A stretch of DNA of 63,813 nucleotides, the filler included, from Octopus bimaculoides (lineage: Eukaryota), in the NCBI RefSeq assembly GCF_001194135.2. It is 7 parts of 6 records of this genome, joined end to end, with 100 filler letters (N's around TTAATTAATTAA, not from the genome) between each part and the next. Parts side by side here need not be neighbours in the genome. Positions count along the whole stretch, not along the records: positions 35,190 to 53,124 come from NC_068988.1; positions 53,225 to 59,739 come from NC_068993.1; 5 more parts are not named here. The stretch is one strand, 5' to 3'. Position numbers and translations under genes: made by a program. Positions 45,560 to 58,595 of the stretch are shown here, piece by piece. The number at the start of each line of letters is the position of its first letter. The first letter of the stretch is position 1. The notes beneath the pieces are model-generated. The model did not search any database. It was not told the DNA's origin and saw only the letters and a list, made by a program, of their open reading frames with translations.

Positions 45560-46640
45560 TCACATAAAAGCATTGGGAACACTACAAAACAATGCAATAC
45601 AAATAGAGTAGGGTTGAAACGTGTAAACAAAGAATAAAAATGCCTAGCCCTTCCTTCAGCGCGTGCTGACACCAAATGGAGCATCTGACCAATGGAAAAC
45701 GCCACTTCCACAGAAAACGAAAAAGTATGCGCTCCAGTTTAATCGGACGTAAACTGGAGCAAGGCACGACGGTCAGGCGATGATGTATAACGGAGGTGAT
45801 ATACGCATTCGCTAACTCTGCTCGACCTTTCAAGGATAGCTTTCTCTCGGCCCGTTTTGGGGTGAGATTAGCGACTCTCCTCGTCACCTAATCCCAGTTC
45901 TTCTCCACCTGGAGATCAAGACCAAACCAGACCCCGAGCAATTTAAGCGGTCCCTTTTTTCAACGTTCCGCTACGTTACTGGACGACACAGACATGCCTC
46001 TCCAGGTGCCGGGGTGCAGGCCCACTGACTTTTCTTGAATAATTTTTGCTCCTGTCACCACCTCGTATTTCTTTAGAGCGTTGTCGATCAGGTATATGTG
46101 CTTGGTGTTCGACACTATGATAGTGACGTCATCTGCATATGCTAACACGGTTCTCCCACGTCCTAGTTCGTGCAGGGTTCTTCTCAACGCCTCCGGTTTT
46201 TGCAGTAATGGATTTAGAGTCAGTACATACAAAAGATACGAGAGCGGACACCCTTGACGGATCGAATACATGATACTGAATGGTTCCGATACATAGCCAT
46301 TTACCCGAACTACCAAGATGTCGCTGTACATTGCAGCAATCCAGCCACGGAAAACGGGGTCACAAACGGCCGCCAAGTATTGGTGGTCGACCCTATCGAA
46401 GGCTTTAGATTGATCCAAACATATTTACCCACTTTGTTTATGATGCATTGCATGAAGTGTAGATTGTCGTGGATGGATTTGCTTGGAATTGCGCACGCTT
46501 GCGCATCACCAATTAGTCACCCGACAAGCGCTAACCTCTTTGCTAAAACCTTGGCCAAAATTTTGAAGTCTGCTTTCAGCAGCGTTATGGACCTGAAATT
46601 TTCTATTTGATCCCCCTTGTTTGGATCCTTTCTCAGCAGT
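45560..46640 (-). pseudogene. L1/Tx1-like LINE RT fragment
   Basis: DQSKAFDRVDHQYL, IRQGCPLS, AYADDVT, LSLKGRAELANAYITS. Confidence 0.85.
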
Positions 46641-46699
46641 GCCACCTTCATGCAGCAAAGTGATGATGCTGGAAATAAAGAACGCTAGTTTAGGCTGAC

Positions 46700-47345
46700 A
46701 AATGGAAATTTGAAACAAAAAAGTGAATCGTTTATTATAGCTGCTCCGGAATATGCTATTAGAACGAACTTGATAGACATTGATAAAACTCAGTGAGTAA
46801 ACGCAGAATCTGTGGAAACATTGACGAAAGTATTAAAGAACTCTTAAGTGAATGCAGGAAACTAGCATAAAAAGAGTATAAACAGAGGCATGACTTTGTC
46901 AGAAAAAAAGTGCATTGGATGGTAGTCGAGTATGTGGATTCAAAGTGACTGAAAAGTAATATGAACGCATGTCTGGGATTTTACGGGATTTCTTCATAAA
47001 GACCGACCCAATTACTGAAGCAAGGAGACAACATATGATTGAAGAGAATATTAAACCAATCGCAGTAAGATCATTAAGATCGTATATTTTACAGTACCAT
47101 GCAACAATAGAGTGGATACCAAAGAAATTGAGAAAATTGAAAAATATCATAGTCTAGCCAGAGAGATAAAAAGATTATGGAAAACAAAGGTGATAATTGT
47201 GCCTCTGGTAATTGGTACACTTAACATCATACCTGAGCTGCCATCTAAGAGGCTGCAGGATGTTAAGACACGCATTGTCAAACTACAGAAACGTGACATC
47301 CTATATTTTCTGTAAAAATTCTAAGAAACGTTCTTGAAATTTGAG
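46700..47345 (+). pseudogene. R4/Dong-like RLE domain fragment
   Basis: KEYKQRHD, RDFFIKTD, KEIEKIEKY..LAREIKRLWKTKVIIVPLVIGTL. Confidence 0.75.
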
Positions 47346-47529
47346 ATTTCTCACCAAACGCCAAAACAACCGATGACTTTTGCCCCCCACCTTTTTTGTT
47401 TATCTCGTTTACATGATTGCTTACAAGCACACGACAGATGCAACTTATGTAATGACCTAATCAATAGTTAAGCAATGGAGACCTTTGAGAAACATTAGGT
47501 CATTTGTTTACTGACAGAATAACAACAAG

Positions 47530-47792
47530 AAGCGAGTGAGTGAATGAGTGAGTGAGTGTGCAAATGAGTGAGTGAGTGAGTGAGTGAATGAGTGAGTGAG
47601 TGAGTGAGTGTGCAAATGAGTGAGTGAGTGAGTGAGTAAGTGAGTGTGTGTGCAAATGAGTGAGTGAGTGTGTGTGCAAATGAGTGAGTGAATGAGTGAG
47701 TGAATGAATGTGTGTGCAAATGAGTGAGTGAGTGAGTTAGTTAGTTAGTTAGTGAGTGAGTGGATGAGTGAGTGAGTGAGTGAATGAGTGAG
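47530..47792. repeat. (GAGT)n array punctuated by TGTGCAAAT
   Basis: Directly visible. Confidence 0.9.
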
Positions 47793-47876
47793 AGAAGGTG
47801 ATAAAGAGCAAGTGGGAGAGAGTAAAAAGAAAAGGATCACAGGCATATAGCAACTGTACCGAATGTAGCAATAGCT

Positions 47877-47929
<53 letters not shown>

Positions 47930-48467
47930 AGGTTTCAAGTTGTGGCATTAAGCTAGCAACTCCCTTACTAAACCTTTTGTTATCGACGACTTTCCCCGTT
48001 AACGACGCCTCATTTAATTAGCTAATCTGGTCTTTGTAAGCTTTCCGCGCCAGGAAAAACACATTCAGCTTTCAGTGACCAGGGATCTGCCTATGAAGCC
48101 TATCTGGGTCGGCCATACAAATTTGTGACCTGTGTAACCGACGAGTTTCAATTGTAGACACCGTTCCTATCAACTAATTTATAAAATAATCTATCTAGAT
48201 ACTATTTGGATGGTCTGATGCCGTTTGTTCATGTCCAGACTGGTACATTTGGGAAATCCAGTCAGAACCTGTCAAACAGTTGGTTACATCTGAGCTGCTT
48301 GATAAATCTTTTGACATCAACTTCCTATCGGTTATTCTCACATACACCTAGCATGCATCCAAATACCATCTTAGTTTTATACTAGCACTTAAGAGCGGTA
48401 CGTTCCCAGGAAAGACGTCCGACGTTTAAAGAAATCTGTATGCCTCACTCTTTTCGGGGCATAGATA

Positions 48468-49655
48468 CGAGGGGTGTTCATTAAAAATTTCCCATGACCC
48501 ACTTCCCAAGGACTGGGATAAACGAAACTTGGCATAATTATTAGCCCTTCTTCTACATAGCCACCACTAATGGTGGCACAGTTCTCTCATTGCTTTATGC
48601 AGCTGTGAAGACCTCGTCTGTAGAAGTCGGTAGGTTGAGTCTGGAGCCAAGACTTCACCTTGGAAATAAGTTCATTATCATCCGATAAGTGCTTCCCCTT
48701 CAAAAAAAAACTTTATGGTTGGAAAAAAGTGGAAGTCAGATGATGCAAGATCGGGGGAGTAAGGGGGATGAGGAAGGATTTCATAGTCACAGGAGTATGC
48801 TTTCATGTGGGCAACATTCGCATTATCAAGTGGGACGCTGTCTTGGAAGACGCGGACTATTTTTGCCAGAACGCTACACCTCTCGGCTTTGATGGCGTCC
48901 GCAATTTCTAAACCAGAGAGGCATAATATTCCCCATTAATTGTGGTGCCCTTTACCAGAAAATCCATCATCACTACTCTGCGCTGGTTTCACAAGCCTTC
49001 TTTGGAGGTGGTGAGTTATCATGCTTCCATTGGACTTTAATCTCAGGATCATAGTGATGGACCCCTGTTTCATCCTGTGTGGTAAATCTGCCGAAAAAGG
49101 CCCGTTTCTGCTTCTGAAAAGGTATGAGCATCCGGCGAATCTATCATGCAGATAACTTTCCCATGTGCAAACAGTCGTGAATGATTTTTTCCACGAACCC
49201 TACACTTATCTTCACTTCTTAGGCTAGTTGCCGAAAGGTTATGCAGCAATCCTCGGAAATGGTAGCTTCCATTTTATGGGCGGTGTCGTCATCAATGGCA
49301 AAATGGGGTCGTTCAGGAATAGGAGCAGTTTCCACCGATGTCCGACCACATTTGAACTGGCGATGCCCGTGTTTGACTACGCCGTATGATGGTACATCGT
49401 CACTATAAACTTCTTTCATCTCATCAAAAGTCTCTTTTGGCGTACGACCTTTCAAGTATAAGAACCTGATCGCTGCTCTGCATTCAACTGCTTCCATTAT
49501 AACACCTTAGTTCGCTTCACCAGACGTAAAAGACAAGCGAATATTAGTGGAAAGTTGCAATTTACAATGTGACATGTACAATTATACCTCTACAAGTTCC
49601 GTTTCCTGCAATAACCGGAACTGGATCAGGGGAAATCTTTAATGAACACCCCTCG
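48468..49655 (-). mobile_element. Mariner transposon, 1188 bp, defective
   Basis: TIRs CGAGGGGTGTTCATTAAA(A/G)ATTTCCC with TA on both sides. N-terminus MEAVECRAAIRFLYLKG and C-terminus KSWLQTQPTDFYRRG...GGYVE. Confidence 0.92.
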
Positions 49656-49844
49656 TACCTACTTGTGGGAGAGTTTCATTTTCACTGGTACCCACGATCA
49701 ACATCACTTGCTCTTTGGATCCAGGAAGATGGTCCGTTTTGCGATATCCAGACCTATCTGAAGCAACACGGAAATTCCACTTTCAAACCCCGGTCGATTT
49801 GGAGATTTATACGCTTAGGGGCTGTTGATCATTAAGATCATTGA

Positions 49845-50110
49845 CTTTACAATATCGCGTATTAATAGAATGGATACCAGAGAAATTGAGAAAATTGAGA
49901 AATATCAGGATCTTTATCAGAGAGATAAAGAGGATATGGAAAACAAAGGTGATAATTGTCTCTGTGGTGATTGGTACACTTAGTCCAACACCCAAATTGC
50001 CACGTAAGCGGTTGCAGGATATTAGAATTGAGGTACGCATTGCTACACAACAGAGAAGTGACATCCTGTAATTTCTGCAAGAATCCCAAGAAACATTTTT
50101 GACATCTTAA
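49845..50110 (+). pseudogene. R4/Dong-like 3' fragment
   Basis: Paralogous to 47090-47345 (IKRIWKTKVIIVSVVIGTL). Confidence 0.7.
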
Positions 50111-50221
50111 AATTTCTCATTAAACCTAAAAAACAACATCCTTGCTAACTAAAGTAGCATCTATTAACTTTACAACAACGACGACGAAGATAATGATGAT
50201 GATGATGATGATAGTGATGAT

Positions 50222-50480
50222 TCTTTCAAATTTTAACACAAGGCGAACAAATTTAGTGGGTTGGAGCTAGTCAATTGCATCACCCTTAGTTTTCGGCTGG
50301 TACCTCGTCTTATGGTCCTGAATGGATGAAAAGCCGTTGACCTCGGCGGGACTTGAACTCAATATTATTGTTTCTAACATAGAAGACAAAACAAAAATGT
50401 TGTGATGGCTGGTAAGCAATGGGTTGCATTGACCTGGTACTTTAGTTATCAACGCGAAAAGGCTAAATGGCGAAGTCACC
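50222..50480 (-). mobile_element. SINE family B, degenerate or rearranged
   Basis: GGATGAAAAGCC...GACCTCGGCGGGACTTGAACTC. Confidence 0.6.
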
Positions 50481-50981
50481 ATAACAGGATTTAAAACATA
50501 AAACGTTAAGAATAGTAATTAAATAAAGTAAGATCACCGCTATACTGTCAATAATTTGCATAACTAAATTTCCAGTGAGAAATAAATAAAGACGAGCAAA
50601 ACAGAAGGTGGACGGCATTATTCACATTCCAGTGTCTAAGCAAATATTTTAAAAAATTTGTTAGCGGCCTGTCGTATCAGCATGTGAATGTTTCTTTGTT
50701 GTAGAATAAGAATGACAGATGTCACAGCTTGCAGAACCGGTGAAAGAAAAAAATAGAAGTCTTCCTGTGATATTATTGTGTAGAAATTGTATTTATATAG
50801 TGTTTATCTTGTTGATTTATTGCAGGCTATTGTAAATCCACTCGAAAACAATCGTTGCTAACAACACCTACCTGAACTCTAAAGCACACATACTATTATA
50901 TTAAATTAGGAAGATGAAAAATGCCACCATCACCATCGACATCATTACTATTAGTACAACAACTACAAATGATAATAATAA

Positions 50982-51157
50982 TCCTTTCTACTATAGGCAC
51001 AAGGCCTGAAATTTGGGTGAGGGAGGTCGTCGATTACATGAACCCCAGTACTTGACTAGTGCTTAATTTATCGACCCCGAAAGGATGAAAGGAAAAGTCA
51101 ACCTCGGCGAAATTTGAACTCAGAACATAAAGGCGACCGAAATGCCGCTAAGCATTT
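50982..51157 (-). mobile_element. SINE family B
   Basis: ATCGACCCCGAAAGGATGAAAGG...TTTGAACTCAGAAC. Confidence 0.85.
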
Positions 51158-51804
51158 TTGTGTTACTATGGTATGAAGGAAGACTGTCGATTTGGTAGAT
51201 GTTACTTCAAGTCTGTTGTGGAGACAGGTTACTAGGCGATTTAAGTAAAATTGGAATATTTATACGTCGGTTGTGATCGGCCGTGAGCATGATGTTATCT
51301 GCTTGTTTATTTTGCGGAGGTGTAAGAAGTCGTGTGGATAAAAATAAAATTGCTTTATTTCTAAATGTATTGCTCAATATTTTTGTTACGAGTGGACAGC
51401 AAGAAATAATGTTAATATGATGACACTTAAAAAATGGTATTAGTAGGAGAGTTTGTTTTTTCTTTTTTCCTGTCGTTTTTGGAAGTATAAAGTATTCCCT
51501 GCGTTAGGTTTTTGAGTAAGATGCAGATTGAGCGAAGTAGTTTGAATCCCTACTAAGATTTGGAGAGTGGAGGATAGATGGATTAATCAAGTAAGGGTAT
51601 TTGTCATTTTGCCTTTTCTGAGAATCTGTAAAAGAAAGCAATGGTTCTGTATGGTGAATATTTCTTTCGTTTTTTTTTTCATTTGTTATAATTTTGCTCC
51701 GTTCCTAAATTCTGGGAAGTTGACAACGTTGAGATCTGTAATTGTAGATGCTGGAGAGCGCGGTAATTCCTGCAGGCTCTAAGTATATGTTTGTGATTTT
51801 ATTC

Positions 51805-52058
51805 TTTTTACTTGTTTCAATCATTTGATAGCGGCCATGCTGGAGCACCGCCTTTAGTCGAACAAATCGACCTCGGAACTTATTCTTTGTAAACCTAGTA
51901 CTTATCCTATCGGTCGCTTTTTGTCAAGCAATGGTGAGGGGGACAAACACAGGCATACAAACACACACACACACACACAGACACACACACACACACANNN
52001 NNNNNNNNNNNNNNNNNNNNNNNNNNNNNNNNNNNNNNNNNNNNNNNNNNNNNNNNNN

Positions 52059-52094
<36 letters not shown>

Positions 52095-52232
52095 GACGGG
52101 CCTCTTTCAGTTTCAGTCTACCAACTCCACTCACAAGGCTTTGGTCGGCCTGAGGCTATAGTAGAAGACACTTGTCCAAGGTGAACTCGAAACCGTATGG
52201 GAAGCAAGTTTCTTACCACACAGCCACGCTTG
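51805..52232 (-). mobile_element. SINE family A with a gap in the central microsatellite
   Basis: Tail at 51805-51960 and head at 52095-52232. Confidence 0.85.
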
Positions 52233-53293
52233 TGCCAAAGAAAGCCACTCCATGTTTGTGATTTTGTGAGGTCACGACACTTCTGAGATTTTTTAGATTT
52301 CGAGGCATGAGATTGAATGAAACCGGGTCAAATTTATGGTTTAGGTGGGCGCTGCATATTTTTCGTTCTGTCTTTTCTTATTGTCTTCCTGCGAGGTATT
52401 TGGTGGCTAGTATTTGAGAAATGGCTAATAGAGACGAATGCTTAGTCTACCAGCGAACGGATGTTGTTTTTGGATGTTATTGTGACATGAGAAGTGGTGA
52501 TACCTTTGTTGTTACTATTATTGAGGCTGTTAATTCCTGAATATAGAGATTAAACCCTTTACCTGTCCTGCGTATCACAAGTGAGATCTATTCAATTTGG
52601 CTAACGGATTTTTTAATTAATTATTTTTAACTAAACAGTTTGAAACTTCGTATACTGGTGGAATTTCTCACGTAGAACCCAGTTTACTTTGAACATTTTG
52701 ACAAAATGTTGCATTTTAAAAGTTATTTCGTGTTAAAGGTGTCGTATTTGGGTAATTTTAACTAATCAATGATGTGTATTCAGTTGAAGAAAGCTACAGT
52801 TGTTTGTGATAGTAATCGAAGAGGAACAACTTCAGGGTCATCTCTACTAAATGTCACCACTCTGTTCTATTTTATTTTTTGTTTACTGCCTGTGTTGCAT
52901 ATTACACGCATTTTTTTTTTTTTGCTATCTTTTTGGTTCTCGCGTTGGAGTAACCAGTAAACATCGAAGAATAAACATCAAGAAGGAAGAAATATTATTT
53001 ACATATATTTATTCGTTTGCCCGACATCGGTGTTTTATGCACAGATAAAGCGCACCAGTGTTTAAAAGATCTATAGCGCTATGGGTTCGCAGCTAGCTTT
53101 TTTGCTGTTGACGTGTATGTAGTTNNNNNNNNNNNNNNNNNNNNNNNNNNNNNNNNNNNNNNNNNNNNTTAATTAATTAANNNNNNNNNNNNNNNNNNNN
53201 NNNNNNNNNNNNNNNNNNNNNNNNTATATATATATATATACATACATATATATATATATACATATGCATATGCATACACATATATATATATGA

Positions 53294-53337
<44 letters not shown>

Positions 53338-53597
53338 TAAGATCGAGAAGACAAATCGGAGACAAAATGAAAACGTGTATCTCTTAAAATAACATTAGCT
53401 ATTACAAGTTTAAATCAAATTAGTAATGTGTATATAAACGGCAAGTTATCATTTAGCGATTATTAATGAATGATACAAAACAATGGAATTATTATATTAA
53501 ATATCCCATAGAAATCATATGTGTGTATATGTCTATATGCATTTATATATGAATGTACGTATATGTTTGCATATACATATTTATGTATGTGTGTGTG

Positions 53598-53648
<51 letters not shown>

Positions 53649-54904
53649 TTATGTGTGTATGTATGTATGTATGTATATATAATGTGCGATACGTGTGATA
53701 TGAGCTATATAGAAATTCTGTGATAATGATTACAATGGAATATAAAAACGAAGGATAAAGATGAAAAATTAAGTGATATCAGAAAATAGATACTCACCAC
53801 CACATCAAAAACAAAGTTTATTTATTAGAATAACCTAAATCTCATTCAACGACTGGTTTACACCAAAAATATAATATAATCTCCTAGGAAAAGCTGTCAT
53901 CGGTTGCGGGAAAAACACTGGATGCGGAGCGAAATATTAAGTTAATTTTAGGTAGATGAAAAACCACCAGTGAAAAGGTAACTACAAAAGCAAAAATGGA
54001 AAGGTGTTAAATCAATAGTAAGATGGTTTAATAGGCAGTTGTGGGTGCCAAAGTTTTATAATTAGATCAGAATAATAAATAAAAGGATGAGAATTGAATC
54101 TAGGCTGAAACAGTTAATAATAGGAATAAAAGATGGCATTCTTATATAATCAATGTTAACAGGTTTATTATTTTTCTATCGTATAGCGTCTTTGAAATAA
54201 TATTATAAAGTAAGGAAGATGTAACGATTTGATGAAAAAAAAACCAATAGTCGTTAATGATAATGCACATACTCTGTGTAACAATGAGCTTATGCTAAAA
54301 TTATTAACGGAGTATAGAAAAAACTGATAGAAAAATATTGTAATAATATGAAAGGTTATTAAAATACAAGAAGAAAATATGGAAATGTAGTCACTGCGTT
54401 GCTACCTGTATGGAAATGGTGCATTTTGAATTTCTGAAGAGAATGTGTGTGCCTTATCCTTTGTCTATGAACGTTTGTTTGATATAAAAAGCTATTGGTT
54501 CTATTTTTGATTCAAATCGTATACACACACAAAGATATATATATATATATTATATTATATTATATTATATTATATTATATTTATCTTATGATATTTACTT
54601 TACTTTATATTATACTCATTTATTGTGCTTTTAATTATTAATTTTTCTATATGTGATAGTGGATTTTCATCGATGAGTTCTTGAAAATTGGTTATTTTCC
54701 CTAAAACTATATATTTTTTATATATACTTTATCTATAAGGCTCAATTTAATTTTAATTTTTTATAAATTGATTTTAGTTGAGTTTTTTACCTGTAATTTT
54801 GGATTTTGTCCCTAATATTATTATATATATATATATATATATATGTTTTCTAACACTGAAAAGACGTTTTTCGCGAAACATCACGGTCATNNNNNNNNNN
54901 TATA

Positions 54905-54935
<31 letters not shown>

Positions 54936-54939
54936 TTAC

Positions 54940-55135
54940 ATGTCTCAGTCATTTGGCTGGGCCATGCTGGAGCACCGCCTTTAGTCGAAGAAATCGACTC
55001 CAGGACTTATTCTTTGGAAGCCTAGTACTTATACCATCGAACTCTTTTGCCGGACCACTAATGTTATGGGTCGTAAACACAACAACATCGGTTGTCAGGT
55101 GATGCTGAGGGCACAAACACAGACACACAAACATA
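54940..55135 (-). mobile_element. SINE family A tail
   Basis: GGCCATGCTGGAGCACCGCCTTTAGTCG block. Confidence 0.8.
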
Positions 55136-55177
55136 TACATACATACATACATGCATACATACATACATACATACGTG

Positions 55178-55278
<101 letters not shown>

Positions 55279-55909
55279 TTATAAATTATACGAATTTATG
55301 CCAATACAAGCTACACTCGCGCATGCATGCACACATTTGAATTTCTCGACAAGAAGAAAACGAACTCAATACAAAAAGACAGTGTCTCATTACTTCTCTT
55401 ACAAAATATACTCGAAGATACAATAATATAGCAGTACTTCTCTACATACCCCTACCTTACTACCAAATTTCATTTATTGCATAAAAAAAATGTATATACA
55501 GAAACTATAGTAATCATACGACCATCACAGCTATTTGTTTTACAAAATTTACAGCGTAAACGAACTAATAAGCTTTAGCTTATAGACAGACCAAAACACT
55601 ATAATGAGAATGACACCATTCGCCATGACGAAAACGGTAATTATTTCGTATTAATTACTGTCATAGTCATACTAAATGACTATGATGTTTTTGGTTGTTT
55701 TTTCTTTGTGTTTTGTTTTTGCACGTTTTCGCTGAAAAGCTAAGAAATTATACCGATCTAACTCTTCAGCAAAAACAACAAAGAAAAAAAAACAAGTCAT
55801 GACAGTTATGAGCGATGTCTAACATCATCTTGTTTGTAATTAGGACGATTGTAGACATTCACAAAAATTTCTGTAACAACGCTGACAAATTGTTTCAATA
55901 AACGAAGCC

Positions 55910-55912
55910 GTT

Positions 55913-55967
<55 letters not shown>

Positions 55968-56029
55968 CAGCAGCAGCAGAAATAGTAGCAGCAGTGGTGG
56001 TGGTGGTGGTGGTGGTGGTGGTGGTGGTA
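55910..56029. repeat. Compound (GTA)n/(GCA)n/(GTG)n trinucleotide tract
   Basis: Directly visible. Confidence 0.9.
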
Positions 56030-56379
56030 TCAAATGTTGGATCGGATATTTTGTGGAATTTATCGTGGCTCTTTGAATTTTGAATTCCTTGGAGGTAGAC
56101 ATAATGCATCAGCTGATGGGGCGCCACACCTTTACTTTGGATGACCTTAGAAGAGTTCACTTCGTTGCAAGCTTTCGAGCAAGATCTTGGTTCGAGAGTC
56201 ACATTCTCCTTCATACCTACCAATCTCATATCACAACAGCTGTCCCCCAATCACTTATGTTAATGAATCGAGTGTGTTATGAACAGATATTCGTCGAAAA
56301 CGAGAAGGTGTTCTCCTGCGGCGAACCTCAACAGCGATTAGCACATTCACTTTCGAAGCTGCTGAAATGTATATTGAAT

Positions 56380-57465
56380 AAATATGCAAGCTATCGTTTT
56401 GATTCTCGCTGTTTACCATAGAGATGACGATTTAATAACTAAAATTTGACTAAGCAATAATCAAAAATCAAGAAATAGGTGAGATTTCAACAGTGCAGGA
56501 TGTTTAACATATTTCAATAGTTAGGAGCAGGAGTGGCTGTGTGGTAAGTAGCTTGCTTACCAACCACATGGTTCCTAGTTCAGTCCCACTGCGTGGCACC
56601 TTGGGAAAGTGTCTTCTACTATAGCCTCGGACCGACCAAAGCCTTCTGAGTGGATTTGGTAGACGGAAACTGAAAGAAGACTGTCGTATATATATGTATA
56701 TGCATGTGTGTGTATGTTTGTGTGTCTGTGTTTGTCCCCCACCCTAGCATTGCTTGACAACCGATGCTGGTGTGTTTATGTCCCTGTCACTTAGCGGTTC
56801 GGCAAAATAGACCGATAGAGTAAGTACTAAGCTTACAAAGAATAAGTCCTGGGATCGATTTGCTCGATTAAAGGTGGAGTTCCAGCATGGCCGCAGTCAA
56901 ATGACTGAAACAAGTAAGAGAGTAAAAGAGTAAAAGAGTTATTCCACAGTTTCTATCATTTCATTGCTTCCATCGTGACTACTTTGGGTTGCAGATTTAA
57001 CATGTCGTATGGTAAAATACCAGTTTGGATAATTCTAGCACTATGTTGCACGATCTTTGGTTTGAAATTATTATTGTCCCTTTTACCCACCAATCTTGCA
57101 GATCCTACGGAGAGCCATCAAAAAACTGCCCTCCCTTTTGACTAAACAATGGTTGGATATTTTCAGTTAGAACTAACATATTTCAATAGTAACTCTACGA
57201 ATCCTATCATTTCATCGCTTTTATGGTTGCTATTTTGAGTAGCAGACTTAATATTTCAAACGGTAAAATACTAGTTTGAGAAACTCTAACAGACTCTGCT
57301 ACGAGTACCTTGGTATGTTGCAAGACCTCTGCTTTGAAATGAACTTTCTCGCTATTATGCACCAATCTGAAGGTCCTAAAATCAGCCATCAAAAACTGCC
57401 TTTTCTTTTCCTTAAGCAATGGTGAAATTTTAGCTGTGAGGGATGTTCTTGCATATTTTAATAGT
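56380..57465. repeat. Three diverged copies of a unit with a 251-bp period, split by a SINE
   Basis: Copy 1 is 56953-57190, copy 2 is 57204-57465, and a partial copy 0 ends at 56521. Confidence 0.75.
56524..56938 (+). mobile_element. SINE family A, near consensus
   Basis: Complete head, microsatellite and tail. Possible AGTTA TSD. Confidence 0.9.
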
Positions 57466-57624
57466 TGTTCTGTACATGCTGTTATCTTTCCACCAGTACC
57501 GTCCATGCAGACACAAATATGAAATAATTATTCAACAACAAACAACTCAACCATGTTAGTAAAATAATGAACTTTAATAGGGAAATGAGTAGAAATACAG
57601 ACGAATGCAATGAAAGTATTGACA

Positions 57625-57659
<35 letters not shown>

Positions 57660-57833
57660 NNNNNNNNNNNNNNNNNNNNNNNNNNNNNNNNNNNNNNNNN
57701 NNNNNNNNNNNNNNNNNNNNNNNNNNNNNNNNNNNNNNNNNNNNNNNNNNNNNNNNNNNNNNNNNNNNNNNNNNNNNNNNNNNNNNNNNNNNNNNNNNNN
57801 NNNNNNNNNNNNNNNNNNNNNNNNNNNNNNNNN

Positions 57834-57871
<38 letters not shown>

Positions 57872-58479
57872 TACAGGATTGGCAGAGGAAGAAGAGCATA
57901 AGGATTGTTGCTGTTGTTTAATTCTCTTGTCACCCCACATCCTGCTGAGGAAGTCTCCCCGTAAATATTCAGTCTTGCATCTCCAATGTTAACCTATTCG
58001 GGAATTCGTTATTCGATACACTGCATCATTGCTTATCCTACATTCTTATTTCTTTATTACTTGGTCAAGCGAAAGGGAAAGGAAACGCCCATGGTCATTT
58101 ACATAGCCTTCAAAATTGGTGGCAAGAAGACAAGGAAGGAAGGAACGAGGGTGGAATGAAGATGTTTCAAAACTGGAAACCTGGCTTGAATGGTCAAAAC
58201 AGAATGAAATCTGCTAAAGACCAAGTGGTGGTGATAAACCAGGCGATGAAAGGATGATTGGGTCTAACCGAGGAGAGATTTTAGCTCGTATTTTTTGTAT
58301 ATCAAATAGCCACGTGCAGGAAACACACCATCGTTGGCTCAATCACGATGCTGTTGAGTCAACGTTGCGCTGTAACTGTTCTTGTTATTGCTGTTATATT
58401 GACCCTCGTCAGACATCAATGAGCAGTAAAATGGATCATCAAGCGTTCCACACTCCATCATCCAAATTAACATCATCAC

Positions 58480-58595
58480 CTGGTTCTTGGCTGCCTGGTT
58501 CTTGGCTATCCCAATCCTCGGCTGTCCTGGTCCTTGGCTAGACGGTCTTTGGCTGGCCCAATCATTGGCTAGCCCGGTCCTTGGCTGGTTTTAAT
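58480..58595. repeat. Seven copies of a 15-16-bp unit (CCTGGTYCTTGGCT / CCCAATCNTYGGCT)
   Basis: Directly visible. Confidence 0.8.

Noticed and set aside
48000-48460. Degenerate LINE sequence flanking the mariner
   Set aside because: Only a weak EAYRFL resemblance to RT YKYLG, which is not enough to annotate.
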